From: Chlorokybus atmophyticus
Taxonomy: Eukaryota; Plantae; Mesostigma and Chlorokybus algae
NCBI GenBank assembly: GCA_009103225.1
Contig: RHPI01003570.1
Span: 1 to 52,000, forward strand
DNA length: 52,000 bases
Direction: 5' to 3'
Part shown: piece after piece, positions 9,119 to 20,314 of the stretch
Layout: each line of letters opens with the position of its first letter
Numbering within the stretch: the stretch's first letter is position 1
Made by a program: the position numbers and the translations under genes
Notes under the pieces: model-generated
What the model was told of the DNA's origin: nothing
The model's database searches: none
Seen by the model: only the letters and a program-made list of their open reading frames with translations

Positions 9119-11215
9119 GTGAGTTCTACCTCTGCCTTTACCAACAGCTGGTGGAGTAGGACCTTTGCACCCACCACCACCATTGATTGGCGCCGCCTCG
9201 GGCCCGTCATACCAACCACCACTCAACGACTCATCCGGCATAAACAAGCGCACAGCTGTGGCAGCACAGTGCACTATTGCCCTTGCCTCCACACCCTTCT
9301 CTACCTCCACTCCACATCGTGCTCATTATTGAACATCAACTGATCATGCATGGAGTTAGTGCAAGCACAAGTACACACGTTGTACTCGAGCATACACACA
9401 AGCCTAATAGCAAAGGCTCTATAAGGATTACAATAAAGTCATGCTGCGGGCTTTTATACCTGCCAGTTGCACCTGTCTACTCTAGTGGCCATCACGTCTT
9501 CTACACTTAACACTAGGGATGTAGATGTTAACCAACTCCTGAGCTCCAAGTTGTTCCACATAGCTACCTTTTGGAGCTCTTCAACAAGCTTTCACGCATC
9601 ATGTAGTGACGTAACCACCGATCTGAAAAAGTTCTACCGCCACGCCCAAAACTTTCTCGACTCGACTTATGTCCGCGCCCGGATCTTCTCAACTAAAGTT
9701 CGCGCCTGGACCCTTCTCCACTGCATCTTCTGGCAAACTATCCTCAACCACAGGGCGAGCTAATCAGACTCGAGAATATCCTCAATACTTATGAATCACT
9801 TAGCGTCTCAGCCAACGCTGTCATGACCGCCCACCAAGGTAAGCACGTGCTCATCAATAGCATAGCACCAGTGAGAGTATTGCTGGACACCGGCGCACAG
9901 CCCGTGCTCATTGGCAAGCACCTCGCGCGCACCCTTAACGTCACCATAGAGCTATTGTGCCCGTACTCCCTCAACACTCATCAATAATGCGCAACAAGAA
10001 TTTGGCATTGCAATGCGTGCCATTTTTGTCACCCTAGTGGGTCTCGACTCTACTCACACCACTTCGGTGGATTGGCACGGTGTGGTTGCGGGTCCCCGTA
10101 GTTACAACAGGATTTTTAAGCTGAAGTTGGACCTTTCCTGCCGGCAGGGAGATTAGCTGCTCAAAGGAGGCTTGGCTCTTGCCAACCAAGTATACTAGCA
10201 ACAGCATTGCTACAAAATTCCCTGTCATTATAATCGTGATAGTAGGTGCCAACACACGTAGCGCATCAATAACGCAACACGTCACGAGTCACGCGCACAC
10301 GGCATTCGAGCCACGTTGACCAACATGGCTGCTGTGGAAGAATTGTTTGTGGCAGAACATCGATCTGGGACACGCTCACAGGGCCTTAAGGTGGATGCCA
10401 TCCTTGACCACGATCACAAGGCTACCCGTGCAACCCACCCAACCAACCTCGTTGCGCCCTACACTGGTCTTATACCGTGGCACATACGCCTTCCGGAATT
10501 GGGGGGAGGGCATGGTGTGGGACAGCACCACAGGTTAGTTACAAAAACCGAATACCCAACAGCGCAAACGCGTGATGGGTTTCTTCCCACACATTGTGTC
10601 CTTTTCCAACCCTAACGACAGTTAACAGCGACAATTGCTAGGCCGCACCATGGATCGGAAAAGCATGGTGTGGTTGTTGGAGACGTGTTGCGCCATTCAT
10701 GACCATCGTGTGTCCCCAAAGGACTTTGAACATGATTGGGAGTAGATCAATCGCCCTCAACACGTCCCAACCTACACAACACTCGAGATTGCTCGTGCGG
10801 AGGAGCAGGTCGCAGTCACTGTTGAAGACATCCTTTAAAAGGCCAATGCCACTGTTTTTGGATTACAGCATGGGCCCCCTCGTCACCGATACCATTCGAC
10901 AATAGCTGAAAGCCTTGCAGAACAGGTGGAGAGCAAAATTTAGCTTCAATGTCAAAAAATTGCGTAATTACTCTGTCTACAGTGTGGACATTGACCTCAT
11001 TAATGAAGTGCCAGTCTTTAGGCGACAGTACAAGCTGTCCAAGCTGGAGAAATGTTCAATTGAACAACGCTGCTAAGCACTACTCGAGGTCGGCCTCATT
11101 GAGGAGTCAACATCTGACGCCGCTGCCACTATCATGCCACTCGAATAAGATGCTAATGGCAACTGAACAAATGGACTAATGTGTGGAGACCACTATCCCG
11201 CTAACAACAAGGCCA
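9119..11215 (+). pseudogene. Degenerate relative of the DNMT-bearing gypsy family (protease, DNMT C-terminal part, RT N-terminus)
   Basis: VRVLLDTGAQPVLIG protease at 9871. PTLVLYRGTYAFRNWGEGMVWDSTTG, RKRVMGFLP and LLGRTMDRKSMVW align with the left-hand pol. VPVFRRQYKLSKLE...GLIEESTSD aligns with its RT N-terminus. There are several stops and frameshifts. Confidence 0.85.
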
Positions 11216-12652
11216 AGAAGAGATGGGAGGCCTAATAATATAGTGAGTAGTGTGACAAGATGGATATGCTGTCAGTCTACAATCACCATAGATAAATCCC
11301 CTTGGACCAAGTGTCAGATTCTTTATTAAGATACTCTGCTTCATTACACAATCCCTTTGGCAGTGTAGCAGGTGTCTCCAGCGGTTGCTATGGCATAGGG
11401 GTCATTTGTACACGTTGAAGCTCCTAAGAACATTGGATGCCAACATTGGAGATGTTGAGAACTAGTGATGCGCGTAGTGTGTGTGTATTTGCCTCCCACA
11501 TACAAGTGTGCACACACCAAGGACGAGTGTAGCAAGCACGCCAACTATAGAGACAATGTGCGACCCACTGTATTAAGCAGTATACAGTGTCTCATATACT
11601 ATGCTACTAAGCACTAGTCAACTCTAGTCAACTCTGGTCAAAGTCAACACTAGTCAACACTAGTCAATGGTCAAAGTTAAGTATGATCATGGTTGACCAT
11701 AACTGCCGTAACTCCCGTAACTCTCGTGACTATAAAGGTTAAGCTAATCGTACCAACTACATGTAGGCGCCGCCTATACATGTACTTTCAATGAGCTATA
11801 CCATTTAACACTCCCACGCGAGTAGCTTGACCTTGAACTTCAAGTTCTTTTCGTAAGCTTACCCATATTGACTTACTCTATTGAACACTCTCACAGATGT
11901 GTTGCCAATTCCCCACTACCATCGGCTGTGACCCAGAGTGCTGCGCTAACGCCTCAGGCCTCGCCTTCGTGTGCTAGGCAAGAAGTAGCCGAGTGTTCTG
12001 CACATCCTGCCTCCCCTCAACCACAGCCACATGCTCGCAATATCAACTCAGCACCCTCCTTTTCAGCCGCGGAGACTTACTACTTGCCACCGCACTCTGA
12101 CCATCCGGAGGCATGTCCATCAAGAAGCAGCTGTAGCTCGCCCTCTCCCTCCAAGCTTGCCACATTGATCCCAGCCTGTCTTGTTGGTAAAGAGATTGAT
12201 CGAGGTGTCCTAAAAGCTGCGCTGAAAGACAAAGGCTTCATGCCTGACCTCTCAAAGCAACATGAGAGATCGTGGAGGAACGGGAAGCAACCAACAAGCG
12301 CAAGGCTGTGGAGCAAGAAGATAACGCTTTACCTCCTCTAAACGACAGTGCCACAGCGAGCGCCTGCCAGAATGTGCAGGTTGACAAAAAAAAACGAAGA
12401 AGGTTGTTGCAACAAAGGACGCTGACAGGACCAAAAAAGGAAAGGTGAGGCATCGTTACGACATTAGAAGAAGCGCAGCGCCTTGAAGCCTCACTGGGAC
12501 TGACTGTGTGTCCTGAGTAGGCACAGGCGGGTTTACAGCGTCAAGTGGCTGCTCAGCATCGTCCTTAGGGACAGCCGGTGCGGCACGAGCTGCCTAAGCT
12601 CAAAGCACCGACGCGCAGACGCTTTTAGGGGCTGACTCGTAGTGCAAAGGAG

Positions 12653-13356
12653 TTGATCGCCCTACAATACGCCCAAGACGCGCTGCATCACCACATGCGG
12701 CATGCCTCGAGGTGGGTGACGAAAGTGTGCAATAAGTGGGAGCAAACGCGGAGAGTGCGTTCTAAACAGACCTCTGAGGATTGGCCGTGGTTGGAACCCA
12801 TACACGATATGGTCATCCATAGGACGTTGTTGCCCCTCGCCGTCCTCGATATGATGGTATTGTTGCTGCAGCAGCAACCCGGCAATGTGCAAGAGCTATC
12901 CGCGGAGCACAACTTCCACCCGCTGCAGCAGATGTACCTGTCGATGTCGACTGCTGCGGGTCGAGATGTGTGCCACTACTTGAGCAAATATACTGGGTGG
13001 CAAGTAAAATCATTCAAGCTGTTCTTGGCATGCTTTGACTGGCAATGGCTGTATGTCATATGGCACGTCGAGCTGATTCTATGGAAGCTTGAAGAAAATG
13101 ACGATGCGGGGGAGTACACGAGTGACGACAGCCATGTCGAGGGCCTGGATGAACGCATGCTTGACGAGACCACCAAGACCAGCAGGTGGTGTATGGCGGC
13201 AGTTTGGCAACAAGTAATCAAGCAAGCAGTGGAGCGTTATGCTGCGCCATTCAGATGGGAGTCGCTACGCCTGCAACGCGATAACAGAGTTTGGTGGCAG
13301 AGGCAGCTTGCACACCCGCGTGCACCATGTGTGCTGATTTGTTGCATTGAAGAGCC
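12653..13356 (+). other. Unidentified ORF (about 235 codons, Trp-rich) running into an assembly gap; probably a decayed gene or TE ORF
   Basis: The frame looks protein-like and continues upstream through isolated in-frame TAG codons (for example 12626-12628). No recognisable motif. Confidence 0.3.
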
Positions 13357-13683
13357 NNNNNNNNNCACGCCTGGTTGAGGCTACTACAATCCTTCATTTG
13401 CATGTTCATAAGCATGCACATGGGAAGTGCAGGACACTGTCACATGTCACAGTATTGATCATCTGCATGCTTACAAGCATCCCCCCCCGCGGATGGGGAG
13501 ACGCCCTGTTGCAAGAAAGCGATGTGCCATGTCTGCAAAACACATCAGAAGACTGTGGCAAATAAATCAAAGAATCCACAAGCGTGTCCCTTCTGCAAGC
13601 AACCTCACCCATTTTGGTCGCCACGCCTGATGCAAGACGCCAACGTGTCGGCGGTGATTCGGCCCCCGCTTTAATGCCAATTG

Positions 13684-13817
13684 TGCATGTATTGTAGTTT
13701 TGTGTTGGCTTCATGTGAACCATGTAGGTACATGTACAGTTGCAACATGGTGCATGTATTGTAGTTTTGTGTTGGCTTCCTGTGAACCATGTAGGTACAT
13801 GTATAGTTGCAGCATGG
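13684..13817. repeat. 67-bp tandem duplication (2 copies)
   Basis: TGCATGTATTGTAGTTTTGTGTTGGCTTC...CATGG starts at 13684 and again at 13751, with 3 differences. Confidence 0.9.
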
Positions 13818-14227
13818 TGCATGGTGCACCCGAGATCTGCTGTTGTCAGAAGCATTGGCTGTACATGTGTATGATGACTGCCCGGCGCATGGATCAGTGT
13901 ATGGCTTGCATACCTCGCTGGTTCAAAGCGTGGTTGACAGCAACAAATTCGGACAGCGCTCTGGGTTCCATCGAATGACAGCACAGTATTACTCTACGAT
14001 CATGGTAGTATGCGAGTATCCTTGTACTGTAGTACCATTAACAGATGGAGTACCATTCATGTTGATGTAGTACCATGCATGGGTTTGCAATAGCGTCCAT
14101 GGTACAGTCGTGCTTCACTTGAAGTTTGACCCGTTTAGGGTTCATAAGCTGGCAATCCTAAATTGATGCCCATACCCCAAAGTCTCGCTTAGTTTGTGGA
14201 CAGCCGTGCCTATTCCTATTTTGCAAG

Positions 14228-15179
14228 ATGTCGGCGGCAGCAGTTGATTGCCCCTCACCTAGGAGACCATGCTTGGTGTGCCCACAATGCAATGCGTACG
14301 TATGTGCCAATGGCCGTAGGCAGCAAATGCGAGCACACTTGACCGAATGCCAGCGAGTGCAGACAGTGTGCCACGGTTTTAGTGCTGCTTGCTGGCATCA
14401 CACCACACACAATGTCGACGTGTTTAGCTGCCGCCTCGGCCAAGTGCTGTGCAAGGAACCAGAGTTTTTCCATTGCGTGCAGTGCGTGTGCAAATTGTGC
14501 TCGCGCTCATGCTTCGAGTGGCGAGGGGAACCCATGCGCTTCTTCACTTGGACAACACCGGGACATGTGGTGGATGCTGTGGTAATTTGGCAAAGTGGAC
14601 CACGTAGTATCACTGCATGTTATGTTGGGCGTATGCTTATTTCATGCATGTTGAAGCTGTTGTCGCATTCAGAGCAGTCTTGCACGGTGTGGGCGTGGGC
14701 AGTTCCATCCCCTGGCCGCTGTAGAGGAGGCAGACCATCGACCGTTGGACAGCGCACTGCATCGGCTGCGGAACGCAGTTAAGTTGGGATGCGAGCAGCT
14801 GATCGGTGTGAGTGTCATGGTGCATTGGCCGCTGGATGGGGAATGGTATGCGGGCGTTGTGGAATTATTCAAGCAAGCGTCAGGTCAGCATCGCTTCGTG
14901 GCGTGCGAGATTGAGGACGCATCATATATGCATGGTGCAATGGAAAATGTTTTTGCAGGGCAGCACCGTATAGTATTCGATGACGGTGATCGACCACAAA
15001 CCATCAACTTCAAAGGGCACAACGTATTCGCGTACACATCAGTTGACGGGGCACGCCATGTTCTGCGCGCCGGAGGGGAGAACGTCAGTCGCAAAATAAG
15101 CCTTTCAGGCAGCGACAGGCAGGCTCAGACAGGCTCAGGCACCAGTCAGTCCCTCAGTCCGTGGTCAGTCACCATGTAA
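14228..15179 (+). CDS. Small spliced gene encoding a Tudor/Agenet-like domain, with a possible Cys-rich (zinc-binding) upstream exon
   Basis: Removing the GT-AG intron 14884-14958 gives LIGVSVMVHWPLDGEWYAGVVELFKQASGQHRIVFDDGD, which matches the plant PDS5/MSH6-type Tudor pattern (VxWPxDxxWYxGxV...HxIxYDDGD). Acceptor at 14672. The 5' exon (CPQC...H...C) is uncertain. Confidence 0.6.
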
Positions 15180-18100
15180 AATTTGCGGCGATAACATCCC
15201 TTGGCGCCAATAACTAGTACTAGACTACAACTACAAAGAAGTGGCGAAATTTTTACCTCTCGTTTCCCGCCAAAAACCGTCTTAGCGGCGGCGGGTTGGG
15301 GGCTAGCAATGGCATTGTTGTCTGCCATTAGCATGCATTGTGTCTTTTTTTCGTTTTTTTGATATTGCCAAAAGGGTTTGCGTGTGTGCATGCATGCATG
15401 CTTCCGTTCCTGCTGACACTATTGACATGATGCGGCATTATCTGCAATGTGATTTGCGTGCACGTATTAGATACTTGTATGCAGAAAACAAATGTCACTG
15501 TGTTGCTTCATGGCAGCCGCTAGCTGGAATTTTGTTGGAATTTGGAGCACTACGCTACTAGCGCATGCTCCTTGGTCTGCTATTGACAATACAGTCCACT
15601 ACTACTGGGTGGTTGTTGATAAAGCGCAGCTACCTGTGCCTTACTGGTGCTGAAGCAGAGTGGACAAGCAGCATGTGGAGGAGGAGTTGCAGCATGCCAC
15701 GCGTGGCGCAAGGCTAAAAGTACGCAGCGGTGGTGCGTATAAGCAATACATCATAAGCAGTGGCTGAAGTTTGTGCTTGCAGACCAGCTAGCAATTAGTC
15801 AAGTCATCAGCAAGTGTATGACATTGCCTTGACGTGACTGGGCAAGCATGTGCGCGGCGTTCCATATTGCAGCTAGACGGTCTATGCTTGACAACCTGCA
15901 GCCAGCTGCAACTGCAAAGATATTCTCTTGTATGGCTGATCAGCATGCCCAGCATGGGACCGCACAATGCAGCTTCAATTGACGCAGCTCATTATAGCGC
16001 TGTCGCTGTCAACCTCCCACAAAACACAAGGTACGTTTGCTGCATGAGCAACATGTTTGGTTCTGCAGCGAGGGAGTATACAATATATAGGATGCAGAGA
16101 TTGTGGCATATATCACAATGTGAGGCATGCATTGTACACCACACACAACAGCACACAATACTTACATACACCACCGGGTGCTCTTCCTACTTACTACCTA
16201 CCTAACTTCACTACTAGCCCAAACCCCGTTAGACAAGCATGCATGCACGCGCATCACCTGCACCACGGCCATTTGTTAGCGGTTCCATCATCCAGCAGGC
16301 AGCAGCAGCAGCGTCAGCTTACTCAACGGACTCCCCCTCCTCCGCCCACATCACCGCCGCCACCCACGACAGCGTCGTCCCTGCTCAACGCGACTGCGTC
16401 GTTAGGGTTTGCGCCCATCATCGCGCAGCATGCATATGCACAGCACGCCGCACTCCCTGTCGCAGTGCCGTTGCTGTGCGCCTACTTCGATGACACGGGT
16501 AGTTGGTACTGCTCCCCATGCACTCAGACTCTCTCTTTGTCTGTAGTCTTAATCTTTCGCACTGCCATGCATGCCAACAGGGCGGGCTCTAACTACTGAA
16601 CACTACCTATGCATGCAGGGTGCTCCCGGTCAAGCACCCACCTAACCACGCCATACTCATGCAAGGCCACTAACAACACATATGTTGTTGTTTTTGCTCA
16701 TTCCAGAGGGGTTGTGTATGTTTTGGTTTTAACACTACCAAAAATAGCCAGCTGTTGGCGTGGACATTGAGCTTGTAATCAACGGACGTATGTGGACATT
16801 TGTGCACCTGTGATGCAAGCGCTTGTGTGTTGGTCGTTTGTTTTCCCTGGACTGCTACAAGCAGTGGGCGCTAGCTCAAAAACTCAATTATTATCCACTG
16901 GCACTGACGCACTCAACCATGCACTCTTTGTGTTGTCGTGTTCCATGGAGGAGTGTACGTATAGCTGGCGTGCCATGCACACGTAGCATGCAATGCTGCT
17001 ACTACACCTGACGTTGAGCACCCTCAGGTGTGTGAGTCTGCCACAAGTCACTGTCAACATGCGACGCTGGTCAATTGTCTGGCTTGACACACCAAGTAGA
17101 AAGGCTGAGCTTGTTTCCATACGAGCTCTTTTTCTCTCTTGCACGGTATTCATAATCACCCATAGCAATTTGCTGCCAAACACACTGCGAAGCTAAGGGC
17201 GCCATCTTGGCTTGCCCACTTAGCACGGAGCAATATGCTGAGGTGGCAACCGTTGCGTTGAAGGGCAGGTATGGGAAGTAAAAAGTGGAACAACATATGC
17301 ACCGCACAGTGGTGTTACAAAGCGACATGTTTGAAATTCGGAAGTGGGTTGAATGCACTGCAACACGCATAATCTCAGATCATGGATGTAAGCACATGTG
17401 CTGCATGGCACAGCTACAACACAAGCTCTCCTTCTGCAGCCTGTGTAATTTGAAGGCACTCCATTGGGGAGCTGGCTCAGCAACAATGCATGAGTCTCGT
17501 AGCTTGAGGATGCATCTTGACATGGTATCTTACCCCACCCATTGTCTCTTGGCAACAATGCGTGTGACGTGGGCAACACAGCAAGCGGGTCCAACTCTCT
17601 CAACTCTTTCAAACAACCATTACACGATCAGCAAACCCATGGCATCATTATGATGGTTATGATAACCATCACTCTGCATCTTTGTTTGCGGTTGAAGTAG
17701 ATGACGCTGATTTTGTCTTTAAGCTGTGTAACAACAGAGCACAACCGTGCGTGTGCAGCACTTGCCCATCTTGCAAGTGAGAGTGTACATTTACAACCTA
17801 ACATACACCACGCCAAGTCAAGTTTGTCACTATTGCACATACTATTCTTAGTATTGCACAACTCTATTTTGCACACTCCGATGAATGACACTGTGACCCT
17901 TGCAAAATGCTGCGAGGCCCCTAATTGGGCGCGCATTGACGACATGTTGATGATGTGTTTTACCGTTGAAATGATGCACAAGCATGGCATGTGCACTCAT
18001 GTGCCCGCGGCAACAAACAGTACACATCATCCGTGTTCATGTCAGACGTGCACGTGTCTACGCATGTGATGATTTGAGGGTGCAGCACCTTTGCTTAAGA

Positions 18101-19016
18101 CAAGCCATGCATATGTGGATGTGATTTTTGGCGGGTCAGCGACAAAGTCATATACACCAACCGGTACTTCGACGCCGATGCTTCCTACGATGAACCCAAC
18201 AATTTTAAATGCAACAAACTGTGGGTGGATCTCGGGCACTGAGCTGACACCGGCAATACTACTTTAAGAGCAGCAGCCAGAGCAGGCGCATCCTCTGCTT
18301 GTGAATCCTTCAAAATGTGACGCTATGGCTATGTAGTTGCATGCGTGCACATGCATGTGCATTAACCACCTGGCGACATCACACCGTTACAGTGAAGTTG
18401 AACAGCTGACGTGTGCGTGTAGGTACATGTTTATTGAGCGCTCACCCTCTGTGTTGCTAGGTACATCAGTGCAGCTCCCCCCCCCCCCCCCCCCCCCCCC
18501 NCAATATGGCTGAACACGCCTGGTTGAGGCTACTACAATCCCCCCCCCCCCCCGCGCCCCGGGGGGCACCTACCATTAATGCCTCCATTACTCCTGCCCC
18601 TCCTCCATCTTTGTTGCTCACCCTCTCCCCCATTCGCTGTGGCAGTTCACGCACGCCGTCTGTTGCTCTTCTTTCACAAAAGGATGCCCTCGAGGGCTCA
18701 ACTGATTCAAGCCCCCGGCGCCCTGCGGGCCGCACGTTAACGGGTCATTTGCACTCACTCACGCACAAGGTGGGTAAGTGCAGACGACAACTTGGTCATG
18801 GAGATGTCTAGCGGCGCAAAACATGCAAGCCGCGTGTGACTGACAGTAGCACACAGCAAACGTACCTATTCCCTACAAATCTTACTGCAACCAGAGGGCC
18901 GATGCGACACGAAGTTGTAGTTCGCACTCCAAAATACATAAGGAGGTCATGTTGCACCGCCACAGTTGCTGCAGCTATTGTAGCCTGCTGAAAATACGGC
19001 TGCCTAGCTCAAGCAG

Positions 19017-20314
19017 AAGTATTCCTTTCCAGAGGTGCTGGAAGCCACGCATTGGTTTGATGCGCAGCGGCACATTGGTAGCGGTGCCTTTGGTAACGTG
19101 TACGGGTGTGCAGCAACATGCATGCATGCACATGCATTTGGGTTGGCTCGTTATAACTTCACACAGTCAGTCGTCCCTCTATTGCGCGGTGAAAACTTGC
19201 TCAAAAACAGCAATTACCACGGAGCATCACTACCATTAAACTACAGACCCACCACTTTGTAATTATGGTAGAAGAGTATTGTACCAAGCGTTGCTGACGA
19301 CAAAGTTGGCCGTACTGAGTAGGATTGTGACGGTGCTCGTGCCTTGTCACCTGTCGACTGTTACAAAGGTGGAGCATCTCAAGCTTGCGCGCATGCATGG
19401 GTACTGCCAAGAGGGCGAGCAGTGCGCGCTCGTTCTGGAGCTCCTTGACAAACTTGCTAGAATACCACATTTGCAAATGAGGTGAGAAGAGTGAAGCGCG
19501 CACGCGCACGCAAGCACTCATGTACCCGTATGAGTCGGTTGACATTTGTGTGCGCAAGCAGTATCAAAGAGTTGAGGCAAGTGTCTGATTTATTCTGCAC
19601 GCAGGCAACACGTTTACATGGCCGCTCCGGCTACAAGCACTGCTTGGGGCCGCCAAGGGCCTGGCGTGCTTACACCACGAGCTGTAAGAGGCACTTGTGC
19701 ACAGGGACATCAAGCCCGCCAACATTCTCCTGGACGTCAACTACCAAGCCAAGGCATGCACACGTGACCACCTTCAGAAGCAATCAAGCATTCATACTAT
19801 CTGTTGACACATCATTAGCAAGAGCACAAACCATCACAGTTATGAGCACAACAACATGTGATAAATTTTGGGCTGGTGCACGAGGTGCCGCAAGTTTTGA
19901 CACACGCGCACTCCATCCCGGTTGGCACCTTTGGGCACATGCTAATCGGTTTATCCTCACTCGGATGTGTACTCCCTTAGGGTGACCTGAAGAGGCATGT
20001 TGCTTGCAGCAATAGCTTACCATAATCAACACCCACATGCAAGCAGCAACCGCTGCAGTGCACTTAAGGCACAGCGTGCATGCATGTAGTTTTACCTCAA
20101 ACATCATATGCACTCGGATGCCATAAACACGCAAGTTGCGGAGGGCATGGGGTCATTCTCTACCTTATTGGATCTCCAACTTCGCGATTGCAGCGTGGCG
20201 CAAGCGTTCGCGTTGGCGAAGCCGGCTACCCGGTGCGTCGCCAAGGAGGTGGATGCGCGGCCGAATGCAAGGGAAGTTGCTGCATCTCTGACGGAGTTGG
20301 TGGGTGGGGTATGA
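19017..20314 (+). pseudogene. RLK/Pelle-family protein kinase, probably a pseudogene
   Basis: Subdomains in order: YSFPEVLEATHWFDAQRHIGSGAFGNVY, CAVK, HGYCQEGEQCALVLE, WPLRLQALLGAAKGLACLH, HRDIKPANILLD (19700), GTFGH and C...RPNAREV. There is an in-frame TAA at 19685-19687, and DFG is changed to NFG (19864). Confidence 0.8.

Noticed and set aside
10070-10110. VVAGP as a decayed DNMT motif IV in the relic copy
   Set aside because: The catalytic Cys is missing and the flanking motifs are not recognisable; it cannot be distinguished from chance.
13357-13480. 115-bp exact copy of UBA1 intron 1 sequence (24336-24450)
   Set aside because: It begins directly after an N gap and ends at a C run; an identical copy at a gap edge points to a gap-filling artefact rather than a mobile repeat.
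18477-18553. 39-bp copy of 24323-24361 between long poly-C runs
   Set aside because: It is flanked by an N and by poly-C (probably reverse-complemented no-signal poly-G reads); treated as an assembly artefact, not a G-quadruplex or an insertion.
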